Source: Lama glama (taxonomy: Eukaryota). Taken from it: 64,000 nt of DNA. The notes below the pieces were generated by a model, which was given only the letters and a program-made list of their open reading frames with translations, did no database searches and had not been told where the DNA came from. The stretch lies in NCBI GenBank assembly GCA_028534125.1, contig CM052818.1, positions 31,622,001-31,686,000 on the forward strand, given 5' to 3'. This document shows positions 1 to 13,558 of this stretch, in pieces; position 1 is the stretch's first letter, and every line of letters starts with the position of its first letter. Both the position numbers and the translations under genes were made by a program.

Positions 1-1140
1 ACTGCATAGTTATAACTCAATTTAGTCATTCACTCTCTTGTTGATGAACATTTAGGTTGTTTCCATGCTGTAGCAAACATCTTAATACATGTCTCCTTGT
101 GCACACAAACAAAGCCATATGCCTAGGGTGGAATTTCTGGACATGACCACCTACAACTTTACTAGTAACTGCCAACTTGCTCTCCAAAGTACTTGTTTCA
201 ATTTATAATCCCACTAGCAGTGAATGAGACTCCATGATTTAATAGATCTTTGCCAGCACTTGGCATTGGATGACATAAATTTTTGCTGATCTAGTGAGTG
301 TGTATAGTATTACATTATTGTTTTAATTTGTATTTCTTTGATTAATAGTGAGAGCAAGCATCTTTCTGTATTTTTATTGATCTCCCAGGGTTTCTCTTCT
401 ATAAATCAATAGTTTCTATTCTTTGCCCATTTCCCCCCGTGTGTTGTTTATCTTTTTCTAATTAATTTAAAAGATTTCTTTACATGTTACAGTCATTGCA
501 AATATCTTCTCCGAGGCTATGGCCTGTTCTTCACTTTGCTATAGTGGCCTTTTTTTGTGTGTAGAAGTTAATTTTAATGTCGTCAAAATTACCCAATTTT
601 TTTGGTTTCTGTTTATGTGTGTGTATTTTTAAAGAAATCCTTCTTTAAGTCATGAAGAATTTTTTCTATACTTTCATCTTGTATTTTAAAGTTTTACTTT
701 TTGTTTTCAGTTCTTTAATCTACCTAGGGTTGATCTAGGGTAGAAATCTAATTTTGTATTTTCCATATGGAAAAGTTGCTCCTTAGAGTCATTAAATAGA
801 TCCACACTGATTTCTAACGTCACCTCCGCCTTGTATTGCTTCCAAGTGTGGGTGGGCCGGTGGCTAGGTTCTCTATTCTGCTCCATTAATCTATCCTTTT
901 GCCCAAATGATACTGTCTTCATTACTAACTATTTTGATAATAAGTCTTGATATCTGGGAGGGCAAGTTCTTTCACTTTGTACTTTTTCAAAACTGCTTCT
1001 CAGTTATTCTTGGCCCTTTCCTCTTTTGAATCAATTTTGGGTTCAGACTGTCAAGTTCCAAATAAAGCAAAACACCCTATTGGACTTTAATTAACATTCT
1101 ATAGATGAATTTGACACCTTTGTGATTTTGAATGTTCCTA
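1..1140 (-). mobile_element. Old L1 (L1M-type) ORF2/3' fragment
   Basis: Typical antisense L1 text such as ttgatgaacatttaggttgtttcc, cccactagcagtgaatgag and ttgcaaatatcttctcc. Confidence 0.8.
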
Positions 1141-1474
1141 TTCATTTTATTTTGTATAACATGCGATTATGATTTTCAAGCCCTCGTTTCCTCCTCTGCT
1201 CCCCTCTCCAGCCTTTCTCACTTTGACGCGAACATTGCTCACTTCCTATTTCTTATTGTAGCTTCAGTATTTTTACTTGTAGTATTTATCTCTTTCAAAG
1301 ATCTCCTAATTCTTCCAACCTTTCCCAGTGTGCAAAGGATAAACCCCAGACACATATTATAATGACAAGGGAGTAATAGAGAGTGTTCCAATAGTCCCCA
1401 GTGAGGAGATATGATGGCATAATTACATATAGGGGGGTGAACAGTAATCTTTGCTAAGTTTCAGGAGATAGTTT

Positions 1475-1675
1475 GGATAGTGGTAGAGACCAGACTGCTG
1501 AGTTGAATCCCAGCTCTATTTTGGGCAAATTACTTAACCTCACTGTGCCTCAGTTTTCCCTTCTGTAATGTAGGGATGAGAATATTAATTATCTCATAGC
1601 ATTATTGTGAGAAATAAATAATTTAATGCATGTAAAGACAGCACCTGGTATATTGTGTTACCTACTGTTGTCGTT
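1475..1675 (+). mobile_element. MIR SINE
   Basis: MIR core gggcaaattacttaacctcactgtgcctcagtttt. Confidence 0.8.
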
Positions 1676-3384
1676 ACTAAGATGGGATTCCCATGGCACA
1701 TTGGGAATGTGGCTAGTTTCAATGTTCAAACTAGATAAAGTCAGAGTAACTCACTAATCTTAATGCCAAAGAACTTACTTGTTAGTGCTATATCTTCTCA
1801 TTAAGCAGAAGGGCACCATCCACATAGCTGCAGGTTTAATCATTAGTGGTCCTCAGTGGTGCTAGTTAAGTTTTAACCACGTAGCAAATTTCACAGAATC
1901 AATGAGTTCAAGGTTGGATGGTGCCCAAGATAATCAAATCTAATTTCTTACCTCATGCTTGAAACCTCTTAAAATAAATCTATAGAAAAAGGAAGACTTT
2001 TGTGAAAGGTCAGAAAGGCAAGAATATTAAAAGGGCATCAGATCTACTTAAAAAATAAAACAGAAGAGATGGTAGGAAATAGCATGAATCGCTAAAGGTT
2101 GAAAGGTTGCTGGGAGTGGCCATGAAGAGAAGCCAAAAGGAAGGGGGTGGTTCTAGGTCCAAAAGAGAGAACCTCATTCAGAAAAATGTCTGTGCCTTGG
2201 AAACCAAGGGAATACTTCTCAAGAGTCCTCATCACTGCTTAAATGGGTTATTTGAAGGGCTTGGAACAACTCCCTCCCCTCTCCCTGCCACCAGGCTGCA
2301 GGAGACTTGATATTTCTACCTCTGTGTTAAGACTTTTGATGCCCTATTGAAAGAAAATACGCATAATTCATGAGGAGAAAGCCCTTATCATCCAAGAGAT
2401 CCTTAGATTGAATTCCTCAGCTTAGGCTTAGCTGAGAGCAGATCACAAGGTACATATACAGCAAAGGAAGTTCTGCTGGGCATAGGGAAAGGGAAATGCT
2501 CAGGGTGTGACCCTCTTCCAAGCAGGGAAGGCCAGAATAGAGACTCAATGAAACCAGAGCAGGGGACGATGAGGGGATGGAGTTGGGTAATAGGGTATAA
2601 GGGTGTGGGTAAGGATGTGGGAGAGGAGGGTGAAGAACGCAAGGAATCACCACCTAGAGTTGCTTCTCCATCTGGAAGGGAGTTGGCTCTACCTCTCAAA
2701 TGTTTTTTTCAAATGATCTGAAAAGCCACAGCTCTGTGGGGAGTGGAAGACTCCCCTCCAAGGAAGCAAGATAGATCAAGGACTGCATACCATCACATGA
2801 GATCTCTCTTCAGAACACAGACTCCAAGGTCAGAGATTCTTACGTGCCCTGTGGTATGTCCTTGATGACAGCATCACCTTGTTTGCAAGCACTTAAATAT
2901 CTCTCTTGCTGCTCTTATACCCCTGGAAGCTGGACAGGACAGTGACATTATCCCCAAGTTATGGAAGAAAAAACTGAGCTCAGAAAGGAGGGCAAATTGC
3001 TATAGGTCCCACAGCTGGACAGGAGGGAGTCAGACTGGCCTCACATCAGGTTCCCCACAGATGTCAGAATGGCACTTTGGGTCATATGGAGAGCCAGTTG
3101 AAGATATGGCAGGCACTGACCCCAGGTCATTATCTTAGAGCATGACTGGGCTGGGCTGGCTGCCTCAGGTGCTTCCTCCCACAGGGACGGGCCTGCTAAA
3201 GGAGCTGCCACCCTGACAGAGGTCATGCACACAGCACTATCATGAAGCTTGGTTGCTGTCCTGGCCCCATAGCAACTCCTGCTCCAGCCTTGTGGCTACC
3301 ACCACTCCCCCATTCTCTTAGCTCATTCATTCATTCATTCATTTATTCACCACACAGTGAGATGTAGTGGTTAGGATCACAGGC

Positions 3385-5340
3385 TTTGGAGCCAGAATGG
3401 GAAAATGAATTAAGGAGAGAGGATATATTTGCAGGTATAATAGTTGAAATTTTACAGAAATAAAGAAAATATAAAACTTCAGTTGAAAGAATTCAGTGTT
3501 AAACAAGGTGGATAAAAAAGGAACTCATATCTAGTTATACTGTAGTGAAATTTAAGAATATTAACAGCAAGGAAAATTCTCAAAATATTTATAAAGAAAA
3601 AGTAGATCAACTAAAAAGGAAAAAGAATCAGAATAACAAGAAACCTCAGTAACAAAAATTGTTACAAGCAAGCAACGAAGTAATAGTTTAAAAGTTGATG
3701 GAAAAAGGACTTCAAACCTAGAATATTATATCCAGCCAAACTATTATTTAAATTCAAGTAAAATAGAAATAGTACCAAGCATATGAGGCTTTAGATGGCT
3801 TATCTCCAAACCCGCTTGGAAACATTCTTAGAGCTAATTTTTCAATTCAGGAAGCTAGAAAAAATCTCCAGAATAAACCTAGAAGAAGAAGGAGGAGAAG
3901 AGGGTGGGGAGAAATCAGAGAAACAGAGTGCAGAAACACAAGATATTAAATAAGCTGGTTTCTTGAAAAGATTATAAACTATCCAAATACTATATGACAA
4001 AATTAGTAGAGGAAAGAAAGAGATAATTAATACAATTAATTATGAAATAAACACAAACATAACAAAAAGTTTCAGACTAACAATATTATGAAGAACTGTA
4101 ATTTGGAGACATATTAAAATTGATACAATTCTGGAAAAATATAAGATTCCAAAACTGCAACAATAATAAATAGCAATTGAATTTTCAAGTATTCTATTAA
4201 GAATTACAATATGATCAAAGACTCCCCTCTTCCTAAAAAAACCCTAGACTCAAATGGTTTTACAGATAAGTTCCACCCACTTGTCAAGATACCCTGACTT
4301 ACACAAATTGTTTCAGAAAATAGAAATCAGTTTCTCCTTTGTTATATGACTGGTCTAACCTTCATTACAAAGTCAGATAAGGATGGTTAAAAACAAACAA
4401 AAAACTAAAAGGCTAGTTCATGTTTGAATATAGATATGAAATTCTAAATAAAGTATTAGCTAACTGTATCCAACAGTGTATTTAAAAAATTATGACCAAG
4501 CAAGGTTTATTTTTGGAATACAGGAAAGTTTAACGTGAGAAAAAACTATTAATGTAATTTTTACCATTAATGGACTGAAGAAGAATTCCATGATTGTCTC
4601 AAGAAATGTTTTTTTTTTAAAATTTGAACATTTATATCAAAAAGCATTTTGAACATCATTTACATCCAATAAACACATTTGAATTTTAAAAACAAATCTC
4701 TCATAAAACTATAATAAATGTACATTTTCTTAAGTTGATGGAGGCTACATTTTAAGTATCTATAATATATATAGTACATGGAGAAGTTTAGATTCATCTC
4801 CACAGTTAGGGTGCCTGTTGGCACTGCTATGGCTCAGCACAGTCTTAGAGACTTAGCCAAAGAAAGAAAATCAGAAAAATAAATAAAAGCTATAGGAAGG
4901 AAAGAAAAAGAATTGTAACTGATAGGTAAATAACAAGTTTCTTCTGTATAGCACAGGGAACTATATTCAATATCTTGTAGTAAATATGATGAAAAAGAAT
5001 TATGAGAATGAATATATGTATGCATATGTATGACTGAAACATGCTGTACACCAGAAATTGACACAACATTGTAAACTGACTATACTATTAAAAAACTATA
5101 ACTGATCACATTGAAAACTCAGCATAGTCAACAAATTATTAGAATCAATAAGAAAGCTTAGCAAGTTGTCCAGTAAAGATATTATAAGGGTCTTTCTTCT
5201 ATATCACCAATAAAAAGTATATTAAAATTAAAAAAAATTAAAAGCATACCATTTTTTTCTGAACAGCAACAACAAAACAACCTATGAAGTATTTGAGTAT
5301 CATTCTTATAAAGGAGCATAATATCTTTAAAGGGAAAAAA
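3385..5340 (+). mobile_element. Degenerate old L1 (ORF1/ORF2 remnants)
   Basis: A-rich, with L1 hallmarks such as aaacctagaatattatatccagccaaacta and aaattctaaataaagtattagc...atccaacag. Confidence 0.75.
4924..5096 (+). mobile_element. 5'-truncated young L1 3' end nested in the older L1
   Basis: tgtatagcacagggaactatattcaatatcttgtag...acattgtaaactgactatact plus an A tail. Flanking direct repeat TAACTGAT at 4916-4923 and 5099-5106. Confidence 0.85.
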
Positions 5341-5354
5341 AGTTAAACAAAAAC

Positions 5355-6462
5355 ATCAAGCCAATAGAATAGGAGAAAATATTTGTGAATTATATATCTG
5401 ATAAAGGGTTAACATCCAAAAAATATAAAGAGATCATCCACTTCAATGGCAAAAAACAAACATTCTGATTTTTTTAAAAGACCTCTTTCTAGAGAAGACA
5501 CACAAATGGCCAACAGGTGCAAAGGTGCTCAACATCACTAATCATCAGGGAAATTCAAATCAAAACCACAATGAGCTACTACCTCACACCTATTAGAATG
5601 ACTGCCCTCTAAAAGGCAAGAGATAACAAGTGTTGGCAAGGATGTGAAGAAAAGTGAACCCTTCTGCACTACTGGTGGGAATGTTAACTGGTGCTGCCAC
5701 TATGAAAAACAGGATGGAAGTTCCTCAAAGAAAGTTAAAATAACACTACCATATGGTCATGCAACCCTACTTCTAGGTATATATGCAAAGGAAATGGAAA
5801 CACGGTCTTGAAAAGAAATCTACACTCCCATGTTCCTTGCAGCATTTTATTCAGATTAGCCAAGACTGAAAACAACCTAAGTGTCCATCAATAGCTGAAT
5901 GGATAGAGAAGATGTGAGATATAAGATATAATCTCACATCTTCTCTATCCCTTCATATGTGATATATTAATGTTATTCAGCCACAAGAAAGAGGGACATC
6001 CTGCCATTTGTGACAACATGGATGGACCTTGAGGGCATTATGCTAAGTGAGAGAAGTCAGACAGAGAGAGACAAATAGTGTATGATATCACTTATATGTG
6101 GAATCTAAAAAGCTAAACTCATGGAAATAGACTGCAATGGTGGTTAGCAGGGGCTGCAGGGAGGGGTAAATGAGGAAATGTTGGTCAAAGAGTGCAAACT
6201 TCTGACTGTAAAATAAAAGAGTTCTGGGAATCTAACATATAGCATGGTGACTATAGTTAATGATATTGTATTATATACCTGGAAGAGAGTAGAATTTAAA
6301 TGTTCTTACCACAAAAAATAGTCAGTAATTATATGACGTGATGCAGGTGTTAGCTAGAGCTATGGTGGTAAGCACTTTGCAATATACAAGTATATTAAAT
6401 CAACACCATTTTAAGCCTTAAACTTACACAATGTTATATGTCAATTATAACTCAATAAATAT
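5355..6462 (+). mobile_element. L1MA9/10-like 3' end
   Basis: ORF2 C-terminal text (caaatcaaaaccacaatgag) and a 3' UTR ending aatgttatatgtcaattataactcaataaa. Confidence 0.85.
5901..5950. repeat. Perfect 20-bp inverted repeat with 10-nt spacer
   Basis: GGATAGAGAAGATGTGAGAT - ataagatata - ATCTCACATCTTCTCTATCC. Confidence 0.95.
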
Positions 6463-6479
6463 GGGAGGAAGGCAGAAAT

Positions 6480-6835
6480 TTCAGTGTGCATAGAAATCAT
6501 ACAAAGATCTTGCTAAAATGCAGATCTAATTCAGTAGAATTTTATGTGCCTAAGATTCTGCATTTCTAACAAGCTCCCAGCTTCCGGAGGGCAGTGCTGC
6601 TGGTGGAGGGGCCACATTTTGGGTAGTAATGCAACAGATCTGTACTTTCCAACAGATAGCCACTAGCCACATGAAGCTATTTAAATTTTAATTTAAGTTA
6701 ATTAAAATTAAAATCTAGCTCCTCAGTCACACAAGCCACACTGCAACTGCTCAAATAGACACATACCGTTAATGGCTAACATATTAGACAACACAAAAAT
6801 ATATAGAACATTTCCATGATCATGGAAAGTTCTCT
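6480..6835. mobile_element. MER5A-like and MER3/MER33-like hAT-Charlie relics
   Basis: tgcatttctaacaagctcccag (MER5) and atagccactagccacatg...ttaattaaaattaaa (MER3/33). Confidence 0.65.
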
Positions 6836-9800
6836 TGGTGTATCAGTGATTGACTGTCAGCCTTATAAGGAGTTTACTCAGACTTTTAGGTGATGGTGAG
6901 GACTGACTAAAGTGGTTGATTGTGGACATCACTGTCACCAACTTGGATGAAGGACTCAGAGACATGTACAGTAAATACACAAATAATACAGAATTAGCAG
7001 GGAAACACCTCCAAGGTGATAAAGCCTAGAATAATATAAAACAAATCAGGGGCCAATAAGAATAAAACAAACCAAGTAGGCACAAGTAGCAGGTAACGTA
7101 CTTGGGGATGGCAGGAGTAGGGGATGAGCAAAGCATAGACATACAAATGGGAAATGACTAGGAATATGGAGAAAGAGGACCCGAGGTTGGGGTTCATGAG
7201 TTGTGAACAACAATAACAAAAAATGCTTGTTAATAGCACCTTAGACACAGTATTGGTCAGAAAAGTATCTGGTTCTAGCCTCCAAATCAATGAATTCATC
7301 AATGAATAAACAAATGAATCAATGAATGAAAAACCACCCAGCCAACCAAACAACCAGATAGGAGGCGGTGCCCATTTAAGGAGTGAGAAGAGGTGTTGAG
7401 TGGAAATTCAAATTGTGGATAATGAAAAATGCAATAAAATCAAACAAAATAAGAGAAGATCTCTGCATGGCTTGACAACGATCATGTACACAAGTTGAAA
7501 ATGATGACCTTATATTTCTACACTGGGAATTTAAAAAGAGAGAGAGCAGATGGAAAGAGATGGAGGATCTCTCTTAATAGAAATATTAGCACAAGGTAGT
7601 GTCTTTCGGGCCATAAGATCAGATTCTTGGTTGTTCGGGGTTTTTTTGTTTTTGTTGTTTTTTAACCACTGTGTGGCTTTGGACAAATGTTAAGCTGGCT
7701 GAGAGTTTCTTCATCTTAAAAAAATTGGAGTTAAAACCATATCTGTCCCAACTCCCTCTCAGGATTGCGTGCCTGATGAGCAAAATCACAAATGAGAGAG
7801 GAAGTTGCGCTCCCGGGAAGAACTGTGAAGTGCTAGTACTGTGATGAGTGCAGGGTAGTGGGTGAGCCGCTTTGGGACATTTGGTCTCTCACACTCAGCC
7901 TCACCAGCAGCATTTCAGTTCTGAGTATCCGGCTGGGAGGAGACTCTGTCCGCAGTCCCTGGGCCACATCACTGAACCTCAGGCCTCTCAGCTGCTCCCC
8001 AGGGGATTCAGGGCTCTCCTCTGAGGACACAGGACCCCAGAGGGACAGGCATCCCACTGGAAGCATATCACCTGGAATGGAGTGTCCTGAGGTCAGAGTG
8101 ACGCGGACCAGACAATGGCAGTAGTGGCATCCCCTCCTCTGTCTAGCACCTCAAATGCCAGCCCCACACCCCCTCCCCACCGGCCTCCCATCACAGGTGT
8201 CAACGGGCCCCTTTTCAACAGCTCCCTGCCAGTGAGAGACGCTAGGGGGAGCAGCCTTCGGACTCTCCACCACTAGCCTGCCAGCATATTTTATAGTTTG
8301 TAAAGTGCTTTTACCCTGATAATTCCAATGCTCCTACAATGCTCATGGATGCAGAAGCAGGTGCACAAAGGGAAAGCAGCACAAGCTAGACACTGGCAGA
8401 TCTTGCATGGTCTGTATTCAGATCCTGTGCATGTTCCCGTGTTTTGTGCTGTTGTAGGCCTCCTGGAAGCATCTGGGTGTGGGGGTCCAGAAGTGGAGAG
8501 CAGTTTTCTTTCCATGCCCCTGGCTCCTAGATGCATGCCACCTGAGACAGCAGCAGTCCACACTGATGCTTCCCTGCTCTTTCTCTGGGTTCCCTCTCAG
8601 TGAAAACTCCTTACTACACTTACTCCCAGAGCTCCGTGGGCTTTAAAGGATGTAAGCATCTAGAATGGCAGGCTTCTGCCCTCTTCTGGTAACTTGTGAG
8701 ATTGCCCTCAGCTAGTCTATCCATTCAATTGCATTTCTTCTTTGAGATCATTTTCTTTCTCTGGGATTCTTTTTTTTCTCCAGCTCTTACTGTGTCTGAA
8801 CAGAATGAAAATCATGATATCATACTATTAGCATCAGACTAAAATATAGGAAGGCTTGAACCGCCTGTCTTTTGTGGGATATTGAGCAAATCTTTCCAAT
8901 TCTTTGAGCCTCAGTTTCCTTATCTATAAAAGGGGTATAATATCTTACACTTATCTTACAATGCAGTTGTTCTTGAGTGGGTCTTTTGGCCATTCATAGC
9001 TCCACATGGAATCCAGATCAGCTCATTGATGCTTGCAGCAAGCGATTCAGAACACCATTGGTGAGAGGTAATTTGGGGACAGGTAAGCCTGGATGGGTGA
9101 GGAACTTAAAGCAGTGAAGGGACCAGGTGAGGACATCTGGGAAGAAGGGCACCCAAACCTGGAGGCTGGGAAAGTGTTCAGAAAAAGGAGGTAGAGAAGG
9201 CAACTCGAATTACTTGACAGTTTTGGCAGAGGAGCTGCTGAAAACCATCTCATATTCTGCCACATGTGAGCAGGTTTGGCATTTTTGCATTAAGAGATCA
9301 CCCAGTCTGGAAGGCTACACACCTCAGTTTCCCAGAGCCCTGCCCAGTCTCCCCAGAATTCAAATCTGATTGCCAAGCATCTGCCCTGCAGCTCATTATG
9401 TTCCTATATAATCTGTCTTCTATTCCCTCCAGGAGGAAGAGAGAAGGAAAGTAATGATGATGGAGAAGATAGATACACAGGTTTGCCCGTTCCTTCCTCT
9501 CCTTTTATTTGTACATTACAGACAACATTTTCCCATTTCACTATATGTGAGGCCTCCAGATAAAATTAATTCTGTATGTTTTATCTCCCCTGCTAGACAT
9601 TGGATACCTCAAATGTAGGAAACAGGACTGGCTTATTCATGTATTTGCAGCCTTATGTAGTGCCTGGCACACAACAGATGTACAAAAATGTGTGTTGAAT
9701 TTAAATGAATTCAGCAAGTCCTGTGAACAGTTTAAAGTTGGAAGCTTGACATCATTTAGCCTAGTAGCTCTCAAACCCGGATGTGCATTAGAATCACCCT

Positions 9801-12800
9801 AGGAGCTTTAAAAAATAATTAGGGCCCTAGTCCCTCCTCAGACCAATTAAAACCCAAACTCTGAGAGCAACATTTTCATAGTTAAATGACCAGAAAAGAG
9901 CTCATCACCTGAAGGCATGCTTCAGTGAATCCTTTTATAAAACTGAGATCACTTTCTAATGCATGATAATCATCCATTGCATTATGTTTCAGTTATTATA
10001 TAATGAATGCATTTTCTTTAAGTTGAGCCTATGTGCACTAAATATACAGAATATGAATTTTTAATAAGTAATTAGCAAATATAGAAGGAAAAGGTAATTT
10101 CCACTGGATAGTCAGAGACTTGCGCATTTGTGGAATAGCAGAAGGTTCAGCATAATATCATAATGGTTGAGCTGAATCTCAAAAATTTTAAGGACAAACA
10201 ACCCAAAGGATGGAAAGGAGAGAGAGAAGGAAGACCCCCTACCACCCAATAAGAGTCTTTGTATGAACTACTGAGACACACTTTGGTCCGAAGACACCTT
10301 CTTTAGAAATGTGTGTATATCTGAATGTCTTTCTATTTAAACAGAGCAGAAGAATCTAAGAGTGGGCTTTAATTATATTAACGTGTCTGCTAAGAGAAGC
10401 TTGGTTGGCCAGCACTTGCCCGTCACAGCCCCAGCTGCATGGAGATGGCTGGGAATTTTTATACATCACAGCACCTCAGGACTGGAGCAAGGTAGAGACA
10501 GGCAGAACCTCAGCATCTGCTTCTCTGAGCATGGTTCTGAACCAGCAGTGTGGACCTCCCTCATCCAGGACTCAGACCTACTGAATCTGAATCTGCATTG
10601 TAACAAGATCCCTGGATGGTGTACAAACATATGGAAGGTTAAAAACACTGCCTTTAAGGGTGCCCCACTCAGCCCCCTTCTGATGATTGCCACTGGCTTT
10701 ATATGGAGGGGGCTGGATATTTCCTTCCTCACCCCAGGAGCTAGTATGCAATAACTCTTACAGTATTCTAACAACCTTTTCAAGCCCTCGTGACTTTTTC
10801 TCTTTATAGGGAAAAGGAAAAAAAAACTATTACAAAGAAATGAAATAGCTGTCATCACTGATTTGAGGCCCAGAGGGAGAGAGGAAGCGATCAAAAGTCA
10901 ACATTTGTGACTCTGCAAATAGAAAATGAAATGTTTCCCAGGCGGGCTAGGAAACAGCCCTCGAGTGCTTGCCTGGCCCTTCATAGTCCCACTGAGGGTG
11001 GCTGTGTTCAGTCCAGAGCCTTTAAAGGGAGCCCCAGGGCTGCCCATCACGGGAGGTGGGTGCACTGAGCCAAACTCCCAGGGAAATCCGAGGTGGGTCT
11101 GCAAAGGCTTAGGCACCAGCAGAGCAGGCCACAGACAGCCCTTCTGCTCACTGGAGACCCCTGAAAGCAGCAGAATAAAATGTCACCCAAGTGTAGGACA
11201 CTTGGTACAGGTAATGTTCCAGTTACGTCCTCTGCGAACCCCCATCCCAGCTCTTAGCCGGCGCCTTGTCCTTCTTCTGTCTGGGGACCAGATCTACCTG
11301 GGAAGCAGGAAAGTGACATAGAGTCCTGAGCCTTCTTTCTGGTGTTCTGGTCAAGTTGTTTCTCTGAAAGATTATCCAGAATGTTGCAGAGTAACCCAGC
11401 AGCTAGTGTGCTGGGCTGGGGTTGAGCATGATGGGGGCGGTGGGGTGGTCAGTGGGTGAGGGGACTAGTTCCAGAGACTTAGTCTCCCAGACTTAAGTCT
11501 CCCAGATCCCTTTGATCCATTCCTGGATGGGCTTCCCCATCCGGGCCCCCAGAAGAGGTGAAGAGCAAAAGTGGTGAATGTTATAACTGTCTTTCATGAG
11601 CTCCTCCTATGGGCCAAGCATGATACCAGGTCGTTCGCACGCATTATCACTGTTACTCTGAACAGGAACCCTACAAAGCAGGTTGCTCCCCATTTTACAG
11701 AAGAGGAAAGCTGAAGCTCAGAGGGCATGATTACCATCCCTATGTTTAAAGAATTCATACACCACAGAGCTTGGATGAGAACCCAAGGTCTGTGATCGTC
11801 TCCCTACTGTACCTGCCTCTGTCCTGAGGGTTTGAAAAGCACCCAATTCTAGCTCTTTAATTAATTGGCCCTGTAACCTTAAGCAAGGCCTTTTGTTTCT
11901 CTTGGCCTTGCTGTGCTCACTTGTAAAAATGGGAATATTAATAAGCCTCACTTTTTCGTGAAGTGCCTGGCACACAGCAAATCCCCCATGGATATTAGTT
12001 TCCTTCCTTCTTCCTTTTAAAATGAAGGGAGGGCCTTGGCACTGAGGTCAGTCGTGGAGGGTTAAGACTGTGTGCCAGACCACCTGCAGGCCAGGACTTC
12101 TAGTTCAGATGGAGGGGATCCTCCGGCAGGGTTCCCAAGTGACTCAGTGCCCAGTATCTTTGTCCTCTTTACCACCACATCTGGTTGCTTTTGTCCTCCA
12201 TGTAGCCCAGGAACTTTCAACCAGACAAGCTCACCTACGCCCTTTTCCTTGCTCTGAATTCTGATCAACAGCAAACCTCAGATGCACTGGCCTTAGACAT
12301 CCTCAGCCTCTGGCCGCACTCCCAGCCTGGAGGGCTCCCCTGAGGAGGGTGCTGGCGAGCCAGCGCTAGAGCAGTTCCTGCGCTGCGTCTCCCCTCCATG
12401 GCTGGGTAAGCTGTCCTATAGGACAATTGGGCCAATTTCTGCAGCAAATCAAGAGTATGGAGGAAAAAACAGAGGTGATGAATAGGGGGCAGTGGAGTGC
12501 TCCATTACCTATAAGAGAATTAAGAAACAGACTACCAGATGTGACATGCTGACCTTGTTTAGATCCTGATTAGAATAAACCATCTCTAAAGAGATATTTT
12601 GAGAAGACTGAGGAAATCTGATTAGAGACTAGATATTGGCTAATCAAGAAATCACAGCTCATTTTGCTAGGTATAACAATGACATTGGGGTTCTGTAGGA
12701 AATTTTCACACTTTTGAGATGCATCCTGAAATGACGCAATGCTGGGAATTTGCATTAAAATAGTTCAGCAAAGGAAAAAAAATGAAAAAGGGATAAATGA

Positions 12801-13427
12801 AGCAAGGGTAGGACATGTTTGATAATTGTTGAATCTGGGTGATGGATAATGGAGGTCCTATTTACCATTTGCTCTATTTTTAAATCAGGTCGTTTTCACA
12901 GCCCTGCTCTCTCTGCCATGGTGACGTTAGGGTATAAGTCAGTTTCTCCAGTTGACTCCCCACTAGAACAGAGTGGGGGAACACTCCACTCCCAACACTC
13001 AGGATGGCTTTTTCCCAGCTGTACGTTGCCTCCCATGTCTTTTTCCCAAATGCTTCCTGAAGCTCACAGGTCAGGGCAATTTGGTTGTGGGGTGTCCCTT
13101 GCCCTGGGGCCCCGACCCCTATTGCCTTGGTGGCCCCATGAAGAAGAGGCCGAATATGCTTCTCCTGGCTGAGCAATGGGGACTCATGTCCAGGGGTTTC
13201 CGTGGTCCCTATCCAGCTGCAACCATCCCTCAGGGCACCCTTAGGGTGTGGGGCTCTGTGTGACTTCACTGGCCACATGTCCATGAAGCTGGCCCTGCCC
13301 AGGAAACCTCACCTGCAGCCCTCTCCTCCATCCCTGGGACCTCCATCCCCAGCTTCTGAAAGACACTACCAGTCACTAACAACAGTTAATGACCAGTGAA
13401 GAGGGAAGAGAAGAAAAGAAACCAGGT

Positions 13428-13558
13428 GGGGAGGATATAGCTCAGAGGTAGAGTACGTGCTTGGCATGCACGAGGTCCTGGGTTTAATCCCCAGTACCTC
13501 CATAAATAGGTAAATAAATAGAAATAAACTTAATCCCACCCCCCCAAATAAATAAAAC
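13428..13558 (+). mobile_element. tRNA-derived SINE, Vic-1-like (camelid)
   Basis: GGGGAGGATATAGCTCAGAGGTAGAG...GGGTTTAATCCCCAGTACCTCCA, with A/B-box-like motifs and an (AAAT)-rich tail. Confidence 0.85.

Noticed and set aside
13428..13502. Apparent tRNA gene
   Set aside because: The B-box is degenerate (GTTTAA), and it is followed by an AAAT-rich tail with no T-run terminator. It is a tRNA-derived SINE.
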